Of a DNA stretch of 64,000 bases, positions 63,237 to 64,000 are shown piece after piece. The stretch covers positions 1 through 64,000 of the forward strand of contig CAVQRZ010000023.1 in NCBI GenBank assembly GCA_963715335.1. Reading direction: 5' to 3'. The first letter of the stretch is position 1; each line of letters starts with the position of its first letter. The notes under the pieces are model-generated. The model was not told the DNA's origin, made no database searches, and worked only from the letters and a program-made list of their open reading frames with translations. A program made the translations under genes and the position numbers. The DNA is from an uncultured delta proteobacterium (lineage in GTDB: Bacteria > Desulfobacterota > Desulfuromonadia > Desulfuromonadales > BM103).

Positions 63237-63386
63237 GAGGTTTTCATCCCAGCCTGAAACCAAGTCCTCTCTATTAACGTATTAAAGATAAATTTGCAAG
63301 TCTTAAGTGCCCCGAAATTACGGTCACTTGCAATCTCTTATGAGCTGCGGTAGAAGGAGTTAACACAGTTTGGGAAAAGATCCAAT

Positions 63387-64000
63387 ATGACTCATAAACT
63401 CCCCCATGAAAGCATTGCCACCCTGCTGCAAATCATGCGCGACCTGAGAGCCCCGGATGGTTGCCCATGGGATGTGGAACAGACTCCGGAAAGCCTGACA
63501 CCATACATTCTTGAGGAAGCCTGCGAGTTGATAGATGCCATTGAAGAAGGCGACTCGGAGCTCATACTCGATGAACTTGGCGATCTGCTTCTGCAGGTTG
63601 TGTTCCTGTCGCAAATTTTTTCGGAGCGGCATGAGTTTGATTTTTATGACGTGTCGGCGTGTATTGCAGAAAAGCTCCTGCGACGCCACCCCCATGTCTT
63701 TGCTCGTGAAGACCATGATTCTGCAACGGCCGAACTGGACACTCAGTGGGAAACAATCAAACGTTCTGAAGCGACCCACAACAAAAGCTGCCTCGCAGAC
63801 CATCTGCCAGGTAAGCTGCCAGCCCTGCAACGTGCGCAGAAACTGGTCGCCAGGGCGTACAAGGCAGAGCGTCAGCAGGAATTACCCGACTACAACGGAA
63901 TTTCTGAAATGGCAGACTGGATCGCAGACCAGGGCAAAGATCGGGTCATCGATGAAGAAATCATTGGCCGACTCCTGTTCCAACTGGTACGCGCATCACA
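63387..64000 (+). CDS. mazG: Nucleoside triphosphate pyrophosphohydrolase MazG, 5' part; runs off the window edge
   Basis: Manual translation: IMRDLRAPDGCPWDVEQT...LEEACE...DELGDLLLQVVF...KLLRRHPHVF...LPALQRAQKL. Confidence 0.93.
   Translation, partial: MTHKLPHESIATLLQIMRDLRAPDGCPWDVEQTPESLTPYILEEACELIDAIEEGDSELILDELGDLLLQVVFLSQIFSERHEFDFYDVSACIAEKLLRRHPHVFAREDHDSATAELDTQWETIKRSEATHNKSCLADHLPGKLPALQRAQKLVARAYKAERQQELPDYNGISEMADWIADQGKDRVIDEEIIGRLLFQLVRAS

Overview
64 kb chromosomal window from a Desulfuromonadales-like bacterium (Geobacter/Desulfuromonas/Pelobacter relative). The assignment is inferred from gene content: a GSU3473-family gene, an HcpR module and heptamer repeats. Most genes are on the minus strand. 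The right part (24.4-64 kb) is largely conserved core: yceD-rpmF-plsX-fabHDG-acpP-fabF-rpiB-glyA-dCMP deaminase-nrdR-ribDE(BA)H-nusB-hom, thrS-infC-rpmI-rplT-pheST-ihfA-surE-pcm-nlpD-rpoS-apt, four intact tRNAs, an HcpR-type nitrosative-stress module, metY, lpxL and trmL. The left part (0-24.3 kb) is more accessory: the 5' end of a Tat formate dehydrogenase, MscS, transporters, an arginase plus TIGR00300-type ornithine cyclodeaminase pair, small signalling genes and an orphan Pycsar-effector-like gene. No integrase, transposase, prophage or CRISPR array was seen. The most unusual observations are: (1) a ~550-620 bp non-coding, multi-hairpin element capped by REP-like palindromes, present as two near-full copies and one diverged partial copy, with a compensatory base-pair change; (2) a decayed tRNA-Pro 3' half with its own terminator; (3) an orphan DUF5706/PycTM-like gene next to tRNA-Arg; (4) a sigma54-driven 48-aa four-Cys microprotein; (5) five single-base indels in three genes (rqcH, fabD, a small membrane gene), which may be assembly errors. 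Family assignments are from motif recognition by eye, not database searches.
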